NCBI GenBank assembly: GCA_964470175.1
Contig: CAYYBL010000001.1
Span: 4,982 to 68,981 of the forward strand
DNA: 64,000 nucleotides
Origin: an uncultured Lachnospiraceae bacterium
GTDB taxonomy: Bacteria > Bacillota > Clostridia > TANB77 > CAG-508
Reading direction: 5' to 3'
Shown: one piece after another, positions 43,401 through 49,400 of the stretch
Numbering within the stretch: the first letter of the stretch is position 1
Layout of the letters: each line of letters starts with the position of its first letter
Translations under genes and position numbers: made by a program
Notes under the pieces: generated by a model
What the model was told of the DNA's origin: nothing
Seen by the model: only the letters and a program-made list of their open reading frames with translations
Databases searched by the model: none

Positions 43401-46400
43401 GCAAACTCTTCAAGCTGAGTTTCACTACTTGGATCAAAACTAACAGCTATCGCACCATCTCTTATATATCCTTTTATTTTTTCCTTGTATTCATTAATAG
43501 CTGCACCTAATTCTACCGTTCTTCCTGTACTTTCAGCTTTAATTTCCTCAACATTATAACTTGGATTTGCTGAATTTTTGTACCACTTAACAGATATAGT
43601 CTTAGCTACACCTCCCTCAACTTTTTCTAAAGCTGTAACTGGTACTATAATATTACAACTATGCTTATCAGAAATATTTTCTCTAGGATGTACCTTTCTA
43701 TAATCTTCTACTGAAACATCTTCATCCAAATAAGTGACTCCATTATATGTAAATGCACCCTTTTCCCCTGGTCTAATAGTTACTAAAAATGGAAATTTTT
43801 TACCTACAAGTGTGCTTCTACTACTATCACTCGTATCATTTTCACTTGGTACCACTTTCTTATAAAGATTAATTTTTCCTTGAACAGGTGGTGTTTCAAT
43901 TTTATTTTCTATTTCAATTGATAAAACACCCTGAAACATTTTACCTTGAATTGTATTATTATTTGAAATCGAAATTCCATATTTATTATTTGAAGGCCTT
44001 GTTGTCTTACTATCATATACAATTGCTCCCTTGCTATCTCTTATAATTACTCGTGAAATTTTTGCATTTTTATATTCATCAGGAAGTTTATTTGTCTTCT
44101 CTACTAGTTTGAATTTTAATGCAGAATCATTCCTGCTACTTTCTGATGCTTGAGTATTTATCCAATAGTATACCTCTGACTCTGATGCCTTTGTAACTTT
44201 AGGGTTTACTGATATGGTTTTAGTTGGTGCAGAACTTCCTGATTCAATTATCTTTTTATCTTTATATATTTTTGCAGTATTTGTACTTGTAACTGTAAGC
44301 TCAAATGGTATACTAACATCTACATCTTCACCATTTGGGCCTTTCATCTTTTTAGTAATCTGAATCTGACTGTCATTTATGCAATCTAATAAATTGCTTT
44401 CATAGTACTGATACCATAATGAACCACTAATTGCAGCATTCAATTGTTGCCAAGGTTCTGTACCACTTTCTTGATATTCTAACAAAATAGCACATTGTCT
44501 ATTATAAGCCGCTATATCTGCTGCTGCTCCAATTAATCTACCGGTATCATCTGTATTCAAATCTGTCCCTTCTAGCCACTGCTCTACCATTTGATCACTA
44601 TCACTTGTTTTACCATATCTATAATAGTCATACCCACTCCTATGTGGATCCATCGGAAACTCTGCGTCATGAAACATAACAGGTAATTTAGTATGACGGT
44701 TATCATATGGAGGAGCTGTCAAAGCCATACGATTAAATACAGGATCACCTATAAGTCCTCTTCCATTAGCCATCATATCACCAGGCTCAACTAACCATGC
44801 TTTTTTTGAATATTTTTCAAAGAAAATCGCAGTTCGAGCACTAGAATCAGTTCCATCTAATATTTTAGCAACCATTTCATCTCTTTGTTCATCACTTGCT
44901 GGAGAATAATTATTTTCAACATAATCTATAATAGGTTGATTTCCAAATCTTTGAAGAAACGTGTCAAATTCTCCTGGCTGCATAGAACATTCTTTATAAA
45001 CCCAATGTACCCATTCACCAAGATAATTACCATAATAACTAAGATTACCAAAATATGAACCTAAGTCCTTATATGCTCCACCATGAGCAGTGTCACGCAC
45101 TGCAGCTGCAATACCTCCATTAGCATTGTCAACTTGATAAACAGGATATGTGATGAACCACATATTGTCAACTGCTCTATATCCAGATAACTGAGATACT
45201 ATTAGAAAACCATACCAAGTACCATTTATCATATATTCATTATATGAAAAACCATCATTAGTTAATTGTGAATACTGTCCCTTACCATTCATATATTTGA
45301 TTTTTGTTTTAATTTGTAAAATCTTCTTGTCTATTTGACCACTCTCAAAATTTATAACAATATAAAATTTTTGATTTCCTTTTGGGAAATTTTTATTTAA
45401 ATTAGGATTACTTTCAAAAGAATAATTTTTCAAGCTATCTTTTACATCATAATTATTTAAAATTTTCCACGTATTTTGCCCACCATCACTTAAATGAATA
45501 CCCTTTTGATTGACATCTGTATATAGAACAAAATCTGTCATAGCTCCATAAACAATGTTGCCATATGATTTATTCACATAATCTATACAAAAAGGTCCTA
45601 TTAAATATTGATTATTTGCATACTCCCTCGTAACCTTACTATAAGAATTTTCAGTTACCCATTTTGGTTCTCTTAAATTAAATCCATTTTCAGATGGTAC
45701 ATCACTTCCTGCAGCTCTAATAAATTCCTCAAATTTTCTTGCTTGTTGTGTAAAAGGTTCTCCTTCATAACTAACTGTAACTATATTATTTCCATTATCA
45801 CTTGGTCCAATACTACTGCTCCACCATGCCATCGCAATATGGCTATTGTGATTACTATTTTCTGCTGCATGTGCTAAAATATAGGCTTGCATAGGAGTAG
45901 CTGGAATTGAACCCCCTGAAGAATAGCTTAATTTACCAACTTTATATTTATAATGTTGTCTTGCTTCTGCATATGTAATTTGTTGCAATCCATCTAGTGC
46001 CCAACCATATGCAGACCAATTATTAGCTGTATGATCAACTTTATTACCCACATCTTCAGGAGTTCCCTGAAAATAACTCCAAATAGCTGTTGCATCCTTT
46101 GGTATTTCACCACCATTTACAAATCTTCTTAATTTTCCTCCTTTTTGCCTACAAAGTATATTTTCCTTTCCTTCCAAATCATCAAAGTAAAGGCCTCCAC
46201 TCGCATCAGCACCATTATAAGGTTCACCTATATAACTAGTTCCTGTCATTTTCGTTCCCTGACTTACAAATGCTAAATCACTCACTTTTCCAGGATCAGT
46301 ATCAGCTATAATTTCTGCAGATATTTCTCCTAAGAATACGATGTTTAATACAAACATACACATTATTACTAATATTTTTGCTAATCTCTTACCTATATTC

Positions 46401-46402
46401 AT
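28430..46402 (-). CDS. Giant surface protein 2 (5,990 aa): signal peptide, head domain with a ~250-aa insertion, >25 CnaB/SpaA-like modules including two regular arrays, SdrD-B-like/DUF11-like C-terminal region, TFTPPTG motif + TM + basic tail
   Basis: ORF track 28430..46465. I prefer ATG 46402-46400 (MNIGKRLAKILVIMCMFVLNIVFLGEISA/EII), which sits 1 nt after the upstream TAA (46404-46406) with GAGAGGTG upstream. Module signatures match giant 1. C-terminus: ...STEIVTFTPPTGIDKSNILLTQVLAIASVSIVIIAGGIILIRKKVLDSKFIK. Confidence 0.9.
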   Translation of the reverse strand: MNIGKRLAKILVIMCMFVLNIVFLGEISAEIIADTDPGKVSDLAFVSQGTKMTGTSYIGEPYNGADASGGLYFDDLEGKENILCRQKGGKLRRFVNGGEIPKDATAIWSYFQGTPEDVGNKVDHTANNWSAYGWALDGLQQITYAEARQHYKYKVGKLSYSSGGSIPATPMQAYILAHAAENSNHNSHIAMAWWSSSIGPSDNGNNIVTVSYEGEPFTQQARKFEEFIRAAGSDVPSENGFNLREPKWVTENSYSKVTREYANNQYLIGPFCIDYVNKSYGNIVYGAMTDFVLYTDVNQKGIHLSDGGQNTWKILNNYDVKDSLKNYSFESNPNLNKNFPKGNQKFYIVINFESGQIDKKILQIKTKIKYMNGKGQYSQLTNDGFSYNEYMINGTWYGFLIVSQLSGYRAVDNMWFITYPVYQVDNANGGIAAAVRDTAHGGAYKDLGSYFGNLSYYGNYLGEWVHWVYKECSMQPGEFDTFLQRFGNQPIIDYVENNYSPASDEQRDEMVAKILDGTDSSARTAIFFEKYSKKAWLVEPGDMMANGRGLIGDPVFNRMALTAPPYDNRHTKLPVMFHDAEFPMDPHRSGYDYYRYGKTSDSDQMVEQWLEGTDLNTDDTGRLIGAAADIAAYNRQCAILLEYQESGTEPWQQLNAAISGSLWYQYYESNLLDCINDSQIQITKKMKGPNGEDVDVSIPFELTVTSTNTAKIYKDKKIIESGSSAPTKTISVNPKVTKASESEVYYWINTQASESSRNDSALKFKLVEKTNKLPDEYKNAKISRVIIRDSKGAIVYDSKTTRPSNNKYGISISNNNTIQGKMFQGVLSIEIENKIETPPVQGKINLYKKVVPSENDTSDSSRSTLVGKKFPFLVTIRPGEKGAFTYNGVTYLDEDVSVEDYRKVHPRENISDKHSCNIIVPVTALEKVEGGVAKTISVKWYKNSANPSYNVEEIKAESTGRTVELGAAINEYKEKIKGYIRDGAIAVSFDPSSETQLEEFAKNALSIINDDSELINGSGEFIEFDNNEDKIPKIIVTNTTKSYHGRLLIKKFLSVENIPDLSENEMDEYVRSLHLKFNFNGRIVYNKTASDKENTKDIRLSFGDEWAYKEYNSAKKLIGYVWEDYTDEICWEAGTQNPTYSITEEVDESGITKLLTDRTVTGTIDGKENTGGEAEATLVKYDNDAKWSFKNKLDFQDNNIKILKKILYNEAPEDKKDLLKQTFNFEVNIEGYFSYSKGGYSLPFGKHRLRLLENDSEELVEIDGTTELKYEDLVDSRKYVQLDFTSTTDDKDWSSGTIRFAKGDANVKVNISEIAVQGVNSTISGIPNISDWFSICSYKPGDITVTAINSVEEQFGKLRIKKEISGYDTLSAENKEKLNISFKVKAIAKKKEDNKWKLLKEKTINLDKENIDESGNLEWVDDEYIGWDPVIFERPIYYVQEIGSSLGNLIKFESISGAGRHIVINDNTSAYYSLFNMASTITFDSDVTDSLSVPIDETRMIFSNEQTIMGRVAAMGESEAVLFMDDSEFSSGRNSSENGKPVGKDYSDETNDIFCKNTVSSHSKSGYISIKKVITSDTIESNIYAFGIMITSGTFEYSADGTDENKKQFTITDKPLFLTNDRSLTEDNIEGSSDANKDRLPQVTVHKNAKTSETWKSGTFYWEGDPPTYEVINVEYVKAISDLGEVADKFEKVSDDIYYVINSSNSTSVAKGEGNLKGEIGSPNVSFTIENSTIPKKPVSFKISKTFSNTDEYFTREELERKKFTFLIDIDNSMEPTEAIAKFTSYSGDEGSSNGQYTYETDVIKLYVTTGVTEVKYCIKENYDDEGISFKRWYNLIINGESKAIEDETNKELTGTIETPVGVNASLSVTAENVHNPELDHGKLQIIKEWEGRGAEEIAKGKTVNIKAKINTDGVKNLKYVLPDKFISLDPNKDYYLTNTGISDSDTNRVVLKFDSDTSSLSETYTSGEFIWDKNGEIPTYEVSEVEKLPGVKEVIYVGENNPTGKADGNLAQSEDGTVKVKIINTVDIPDFVYLKIKKDIQSNASAYDGKTFRFRLNVQGYGDDIIDVVYKDGESSHKVISYPIYSGQNELSYTIEEIDMNGKSIHLVSLSDSKGNVADENTRILSGTLTRDDNDSNPLFITCVNSGEDIIPTKFDLKKYFTDSNGGLTPVNGTAGFEMKLHIPTDCYYLSNGENKDLIGGNDYYVSTDGKINTTKQTIYMGFNNSDEANWVSPEIFYPNGPELPTFEIREVFSDEDTRVTFSKDEYKITINGSSSPYSGSFSQSTQGIITLNATNRSIGWKEAKFNINKLVYEKKTRDNITEKYQKSVTGTVSFSLEIDTNSAGTTKYVLGGVETPMPAGKYYLNYDYSTGRETISNADTGIILDINGNSRSWDSDITIKWDEEGTSPTYNIKETGYNLNGETEGYITTIYNKNKEGNTGKLSDNTGGYIYITAENLYGDFNRAKIRIEKYFKNKTGSNKNFSGNVSFMMKINIPNEIDDCYYIDVDGNLTHLEKNNSYYMSSGPGVEISGSDANRVIIPFDNNNYELWESQGEIIWEIKSGYSPTYELYETDIVDTNGKSIRGNYSLEIPGAVNGRKTGLLSDTDPIEQAMTVTAINTDESIKGIQFKINKRFVQNYFGSEKDRTVKGNAYFSLKLEISDTVKNARYISADGTEKPLPTGTYYLMSDGSNEYLQSESENPNASQNRVVLSFDETSRSTWMSKGKIEWDFAQGDPVYTITEESISLEDGTTKDNYICSFEGTNTNTKTDIVYSSSPEGIVEINAKNTYRNIGTHLKIVKDFEVNKSDGTKGSYKVTGDVQFIASITIREGTSCTYNVEGLEPQILDEGTWYFNYDTTGERLEKDATSNRVKIHFSDIDSATWQSSGEIKWIEDKNIPRYTIEEATYTLEDGSTEADYSTSIDYSGSNRKNENISAVDKDGNATTKVKNTLNCGAFYINKKFVKKDEFNEENSYQVSGTVNYELKISVPNDDGVVKYVNGANSKILTVGDWYISNQGGTETISNDSNNRVSVTFDNNVDKSWNSAGSIVWTKNSSIPSYTITEKEANLTSIDGVTTEKDYITTIEGSNSNSLVGTVADIDKLNNKINVYIKNEYRKYTESAMVSLTKEFIKNEGGVNVHNTVYASVDFIVKITKTDKVKNLRYVVDGNTKYLNESNTWYFTNQGVDPVWDISTSMYVVNLNFINQSALTWNSKGELMWDADGEAPEYEYIERTSLDGVFDSVGVPNAENVMEYAQRNYTYIPQGASKGRLSEAINGKLSLNAKNAENGKISHIHLEKRLENDSTLTEEEKNDKVFEFKIKVENQIDGGKPIEHKFTLDKSPTEDVWSKDLTYFIPDGVESVPYTLYEINVPEDINYEYLHEENEDGTYSTEKTDIKDGLRGVLKPNDTSVPLKIHCLNKYVKDTKIRVQKVLDTNDLSESEKDDLVFWFVLNVEGYESKTFAMTHLQRTGDIFEREFEYDIPFGKEELSYSINEQGASTYNEFVEMYEEPRDETNPDKFITDITKSVKGKLSGLSNSVIRVVCKDRVSVNNVAHIHLKKILERTSNLSEEEKKDMVFTFRLTLDGESDSVDLALDRTQYEDGTNIWECDREITLPNGAVEEGYTLQEVNLPYDTVLYKIFEDGHEEEVTEGKALKGTLKKNTTEVPLHIVCKNNHATTTHIRLIKKVNNKDYMSEKDIKELKFKFELKATGLSSPIYIGLDYDQNYNESTGNWESSVFYLNIPADRSEIDYSVEEIDASSKVTFVKMYEDKDGGVHVEAPNKTISSTLSENTVDTTLNVICENNGSAKAYIRLEKYINKSVLEKGININDKIYRFRLIIDGYTSPIYVSLTQNNEANDPMDSHGLDGEFYYWKRTLEFNIPSNKDGINYEVQESELPEDIVFEKMYIEGEEGEIHNIKDTIKGTLRANRIDTPAIVHCENGREISQSLAIKIDKVLDNSGGIWSIDQIERAEFAFNLSVEGYGENVRITLDKRDIDESTISSNEVRWSRTLDGYEILSGHTGLNYSIKEVSVPEGMVFVKLEDGKGNSIDNIEDELNGEFKVNDGNQLTLTCKNEVENSEEKIAHLKILKTVDSGVSLNEGTVFIFSLYIKGDHTEYTQSVEVSKHTTSEGIVSWESNVIDIQIPPTEERLYYSVNEINTSGTVFASISNNTGFIDRNDPDVEREPIIVRAVNDSPGGFPGYANLKIRKIGKVDPKVKYTFKLRVNANNKVTYYIDKYRNGEIEANQSKEFIIENVTLGITKNVGRFDWNGRNKDGPTYTIEEIIDENGNVIKGESVSASGKLDRNTVKVAIQKNISKKNYGYIKVTKKLTGDEADLAENIGKEYHFNVDVYESRTSDKLLKSFSNQIIKANETWTSGKIEWNSFDEEPYFKIEEIDEKNYTIEVDNNSYGKNTRFKVNALKKEDGEETLEVTPDSKDTTEVAIVNNVTKKPNKTNIELEKVCVSDKSGIPDDVTFNVRVDITSDTYFSYDEDGDGTSLLYKNYTRKYKVRVTNADPDRPGRMNTEWSWKVGGRTYTKNGNAILEGIEWYDGNGTSKAPVVTVTESQHSQESNGWWVIDGISNKQYTLSNGVTVKSTINNRFSLGASQELLMDIGGYAWIDNPSGDKGSDTEDGIRDIGGRDNPYQNVEVYVRRMSNNELLQLYDINGGLVEQPIHTDAAGEWSAKVQLAHLGDLKKNEFYVQFVYDGQTYEPTKSLIPKTNSSGYRANANDYYKAAKSDNIADKETYIDSSHAIDIANTYSNKVQYNSSRDQFNAKFSNIIGDKVIDGMGKTIGKAIGEGGEYELEYTSNANDVYARTVDAETGEVKSMKQIDRVTSTLVTTNVDGTIKEQYKMSATTKELGLSFPVDDTVILLNKNSTKGSSKYIAAYPYARNINLGVRYRAETDISAEKVLREANVITNGRKLTYKYGQSFATMGVTTSEEANTLHYKLGLFKTDYYYRVDLYKKNKDYDDLYKFYENMENGIYSSEMDVYLTYNITLTNNSTDSKVKINAIDDYSSNSLIPVTKDIYKILDDSDGTTKIENKKTEETKIFDKASETYNSLNKNTASVSAPVDVISSNGTTYNKRTYVIKNPGEIDIGKNVTYSITYKVDKGNSDGVRDAIRLGKQDNIVEINSYSTYKNRKINGKIDKNSAPSNVNIGSFDTYTRFENDTYKAVLDMYLDNESTEKTISGLAFEDKKIDDDSVGDGVYNNDKNDNEAVIGGLTTELVEKVQLKKSKTESVEFDYLWDTNTNLASLGGKTFEELTGFRSTVETARTKIERKVGDKLGDDGNVAGVVSSLETQEVGTYRFENIPSGNYVVRARYGNDKNSQQNTRDISGEPAAYNTKEKLENNTSTKTTYDLALGKYVTYTYTPYKKYDLKTGSNVANYDEIKYGKTTTIYNGQDFKATLYGGSLTEEFIGNTETGSNANKSYVRDNEYRRAEVMANSETITNKNGGDMSEANDVSGAYGVLHEKYDMYADTPKIKILNYKDDEIDGLYTTSKKKKGTIANKQNVKNVNIGLIERPENKIVLDDEVSSIKLITNDNKVLFNAEYDINYKKVKGKPSDDIPVVAKLDSDNYLVVIVELNKNKSTGIELMQAIGKTENKLEQLKEKNKGIQNFKFINIDEDLLQGLYIAIGYKITAINVGEVDYTTKAISEISGSKSPIGEYATIINAAKTVNDNNSIYSISGSRVDGKKDLKFGSVIGNYYYTGSIAGQAIVTTRVRQVLDYVDTDAVFDTSENSNYNRYWKNTSIEELNGNGNYEKRLIGKTVANGKTIIDKNNRQYTSDTQNNLALSVDQLNDNYRPWSDDKGAVTNGAFEFRLVPIRAYGNNIFHENMLYLDKDLNGGTEDIIIGKNPNTDEKVKTSGTIDIITTKKISTLSSDESNSLAFDALAEIVKYENTVGRRDMTYITGVITPKYGEFFESLKKRGASSTEIVTFTPPTGIDKSNILLTQVLAIASVSIVIIAGGIILIRKKVLDSKFIK
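33800..36533 (-). repeat. Array of about 7 tandem ~125-140-aa stalk modules in giant 2
   Basis: Units start ISHIHLEKRL, TKIRVQKVL, VAHIHLKKIL, TTHIRLIKKV, AYIRLEKYI, LAIKIDKVL and IAHLKILKTV. Each contains F-x-F-x-L/I and Y-(S/T)-(L/I/V)-x-E and ends HCLNK, VCKDR, VCKNN, ICENN, HCENG, TCKNE or RAVND. Confidence 0.7.
36545..39943 (-). repeat. Array of about 7 tandem ~160-170-aa stalk modules in giant 2
   Basis: Successive units start KFDLKKYF, AKFNINKLV, AKIRIEKYF, IQFKINKRF, THLKIVKDF, AFYINKKFV and AMVSLTKEF. Each contains ...W...G.I.W....(P)xY.I.E... (e.g. SPTYNIKET, SPTYELYET, DPVYTITEE, IPRYTIEEA, IPSYTITEK, APEYEYIER) and ends A-x-N or V/I-K-N. Confidence 0.7.
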
Positions 46403-46403
46403 A

Positions 46404-49400
46404 TTAAACACCTCTCTTTCTATTAAATATTCTTGTTTTACTGTACACCACAAATGCTGCCACACTCAGCAACACAACACTTGTAATTATGAGTGATGTA
46501 TACATAAATGCATCACCAGTTTTTACGAGGATAATCACATCAGCTTGTGACATATCATCTTCTTTCTGAGCTTTGTTTCCTGGTGAAGAATCTATATCAG
46601 TCATTCCATATATATTATAGTCTTCTGCTATTTCCACAATATTATCCATAAGTCCCGTATTCGTTTCTGACATTTCTTTTGTTAGTATAAGAGATATTTC
46701 TTTTGTTTCTCCTGGATTAAGTTCTACATTTTCAAGAATACTCGTATAAATATTTCCATCACTTGAGGTAAACCATGCATTATTTTTGTCAAGTGATGAA
46801 TTTAGTTCCATTCCTTCTGGCACATAGTCTACCACTTTTTTTGCATATCCTTTTAAATCACCATTATTTTTTACATTTATTTTGTATTCAACAAGTACTT
46901 TGGCTCCATTTAATTGTCTTGAAGAAATTTCATCTTTTACAAATTTTGTAAAGTTGTATTTTGTAGAGTTTGTACCTCTTGATGTTTGTACCGTTACCTT
47001 TTCAATTCCCATATCAATTTCTAAATCAAACTTCATTGCATGTATTAGACCTAAGTTAATATTTGATACACTGTTTCCATCTATTTCAATTCTATCTGTT
47101 TTGGCTACATTTATTTGTTTTCCATCTCTATCAATATTTCCTGTATATGCATCAGAATTTACACTTTCATCTATACCTTCTTTTTTGTATGTTGTAATTC
47201 CATATAATTTTGAATCATATTCAAAAACAACAATATAATTACCATTTTCAACACTTGAAAATCTATATATATTTGAATTATTTACAGTTTGTCTCTTCTT
47301 TATCGCAAGACTATCTGCATCAAGCAAGTATATTTCTATATTTCCAACATTGTGATCAGTTTTTTCACCCGCATCCATTTTTCCATTTTCATCTTTATCA
47401 AGCCAAATACTTCCTGAAATATTATATGTACGTCCTTTTGATGAATTCCCCAAATTTCTACGATCTACACCTTCAGAATCAATATCCCCTGGTTCATTAT
47501 CTAAATCTTCTTCAGATGCAACTAAAGTTTTTACTACACCATTAGACGATTGCGATTCATATTTACCTGTTAAATTACCCTTATTTTCAACGGTTTTTTC
47601 TAAACTTCCATCAGTTGATATAGCTTTTGCTTCAATATCTATAAGCGCTTCTGTCCCTACTTCTAGTGCTACTGGTAGCTTAATACTATTGCCATAATAA
47701 TCACCTGAAAAAATTTCATTATTATCATTTATATAAGCTAAACTCTCTATCTGCATACAATCAGGTATTTCATCTGTAAAATTTATATTATATGTAGGCA
47801 CAACACCAACATTTTTTATTCTAAACTCATAATTTACTATATCTCCCAAGTTTACATAGTCATTACTATCTTGAGATACTTGATTTATCTCTACAATTTC
47901 TCTCGCTATACTTACAATAATTTTGTTTGATTCTATAGATTGTACTCCAGGTACTTCAATATTTGCCCACATTTCTTGAGTAATATATGTATTTTGCTTA
48001 GACACCTCTTTTGTTTTTAAAACAAATTTAAGTATATAATTTTTCTTTTTTTCCATATTAGCTAAGTCAACATGTATAATTCCCAAATTTTCTCTATATT
48101 CTATTTTTCCAACATCTTTAGTATCATAATCTGAATCGACATAATAAAATTCTGAAGTGACATATTCAAATCCATCTGGAACTTTTTGATCTATCATTAA
48201 ATTAGGAAGATTACTATCTGTATTATTCATTACATTAACAGAAAATTCATATTCTTTTCCTTCATATAAATATTCTTCTTGCTCACCATAATATTCTTCT
48301 TTAGCAACAAGTTTTGCAACTTTAATAGCAATATTTTCAATTATTTTAGAAGTTTCTCCCACAATATTATCAGCAATCGCATTTGCTGAAATACTTATAT
48401 TTTTTTCTGAATCCATATTTTCATCTGTAGAGAAATTAATGTTTATTTCCAAATTTTTTACAATTTCTACATTAGGGCATGTGACTTTAAGTTTTTCTTC
48501 TGAAACATTTTCAACTACTATATTTTCACCTGTGACGACTTCATAGTTTTTATACTTAAGCGCATTGTCATATGTTATAAAAGAGACAACATTATTTAAA
48601 TTTTCTTTTCCTATGTTCTCTATTTTTAAATTTAATTTTATATCCTCACCAGTACTTAAGATTTCTTTATCTGTAGAAATCTTAAGGTCAAGTTCAGGTC
48701 CTATTCCAGTTGTAAGACCAACAATATCTGGACAAGATTTTTCGTTTATATTTCCAGATAAAGAATGGTTTACGTATTCTACGAGATATGTTCCATAAAT
48801 ATTCTTTTCTCTTGGTATATTTTCAGGTATTTCAAATTCATAACTAAACTTAAATACCTTTCCAGAATCAATCATTATACCTTCTTTTTCAGGCACTATA
48901 AGATATGATTTGATATTATCGAATGAATCTGGATATTCTACCCACCTATTTTTTTCGCTTCCAATAGCCTTATCTGCTTCACCATTCTCTGAATAATATA
49001 TTTTAAACTTTATATCATTTTCGCTATCCTGCTCAATCCCTGAAAGCATTTTTGTAGATATATTTGTCCCCATATCATCACCAGTAATTGGATCTCTTAC
49101 ACCTTCAAATGGTATTCGACCTAATATGGTCATGTCTGATATTTCATTCATATAGTTGTTCATTACCACAATACCCATTTGAGCAGTTCTAGCTGGCATT
49201 GCTATACTTATTAGTTCTTCCTTTTTGCCTTCTCTTACTGATGTAATAAATCCATCATCCACATAATCTGATATATCATTAATACTTACTACTCCACTTG
49301 GCGCACTGTATTTTATTTCTTTTTCGCTCTCTCCAACTGAACCTATACTATTTTCAACTTCAACATGAAACGCATCAGAAATAGAAGGTGTATATTTATC

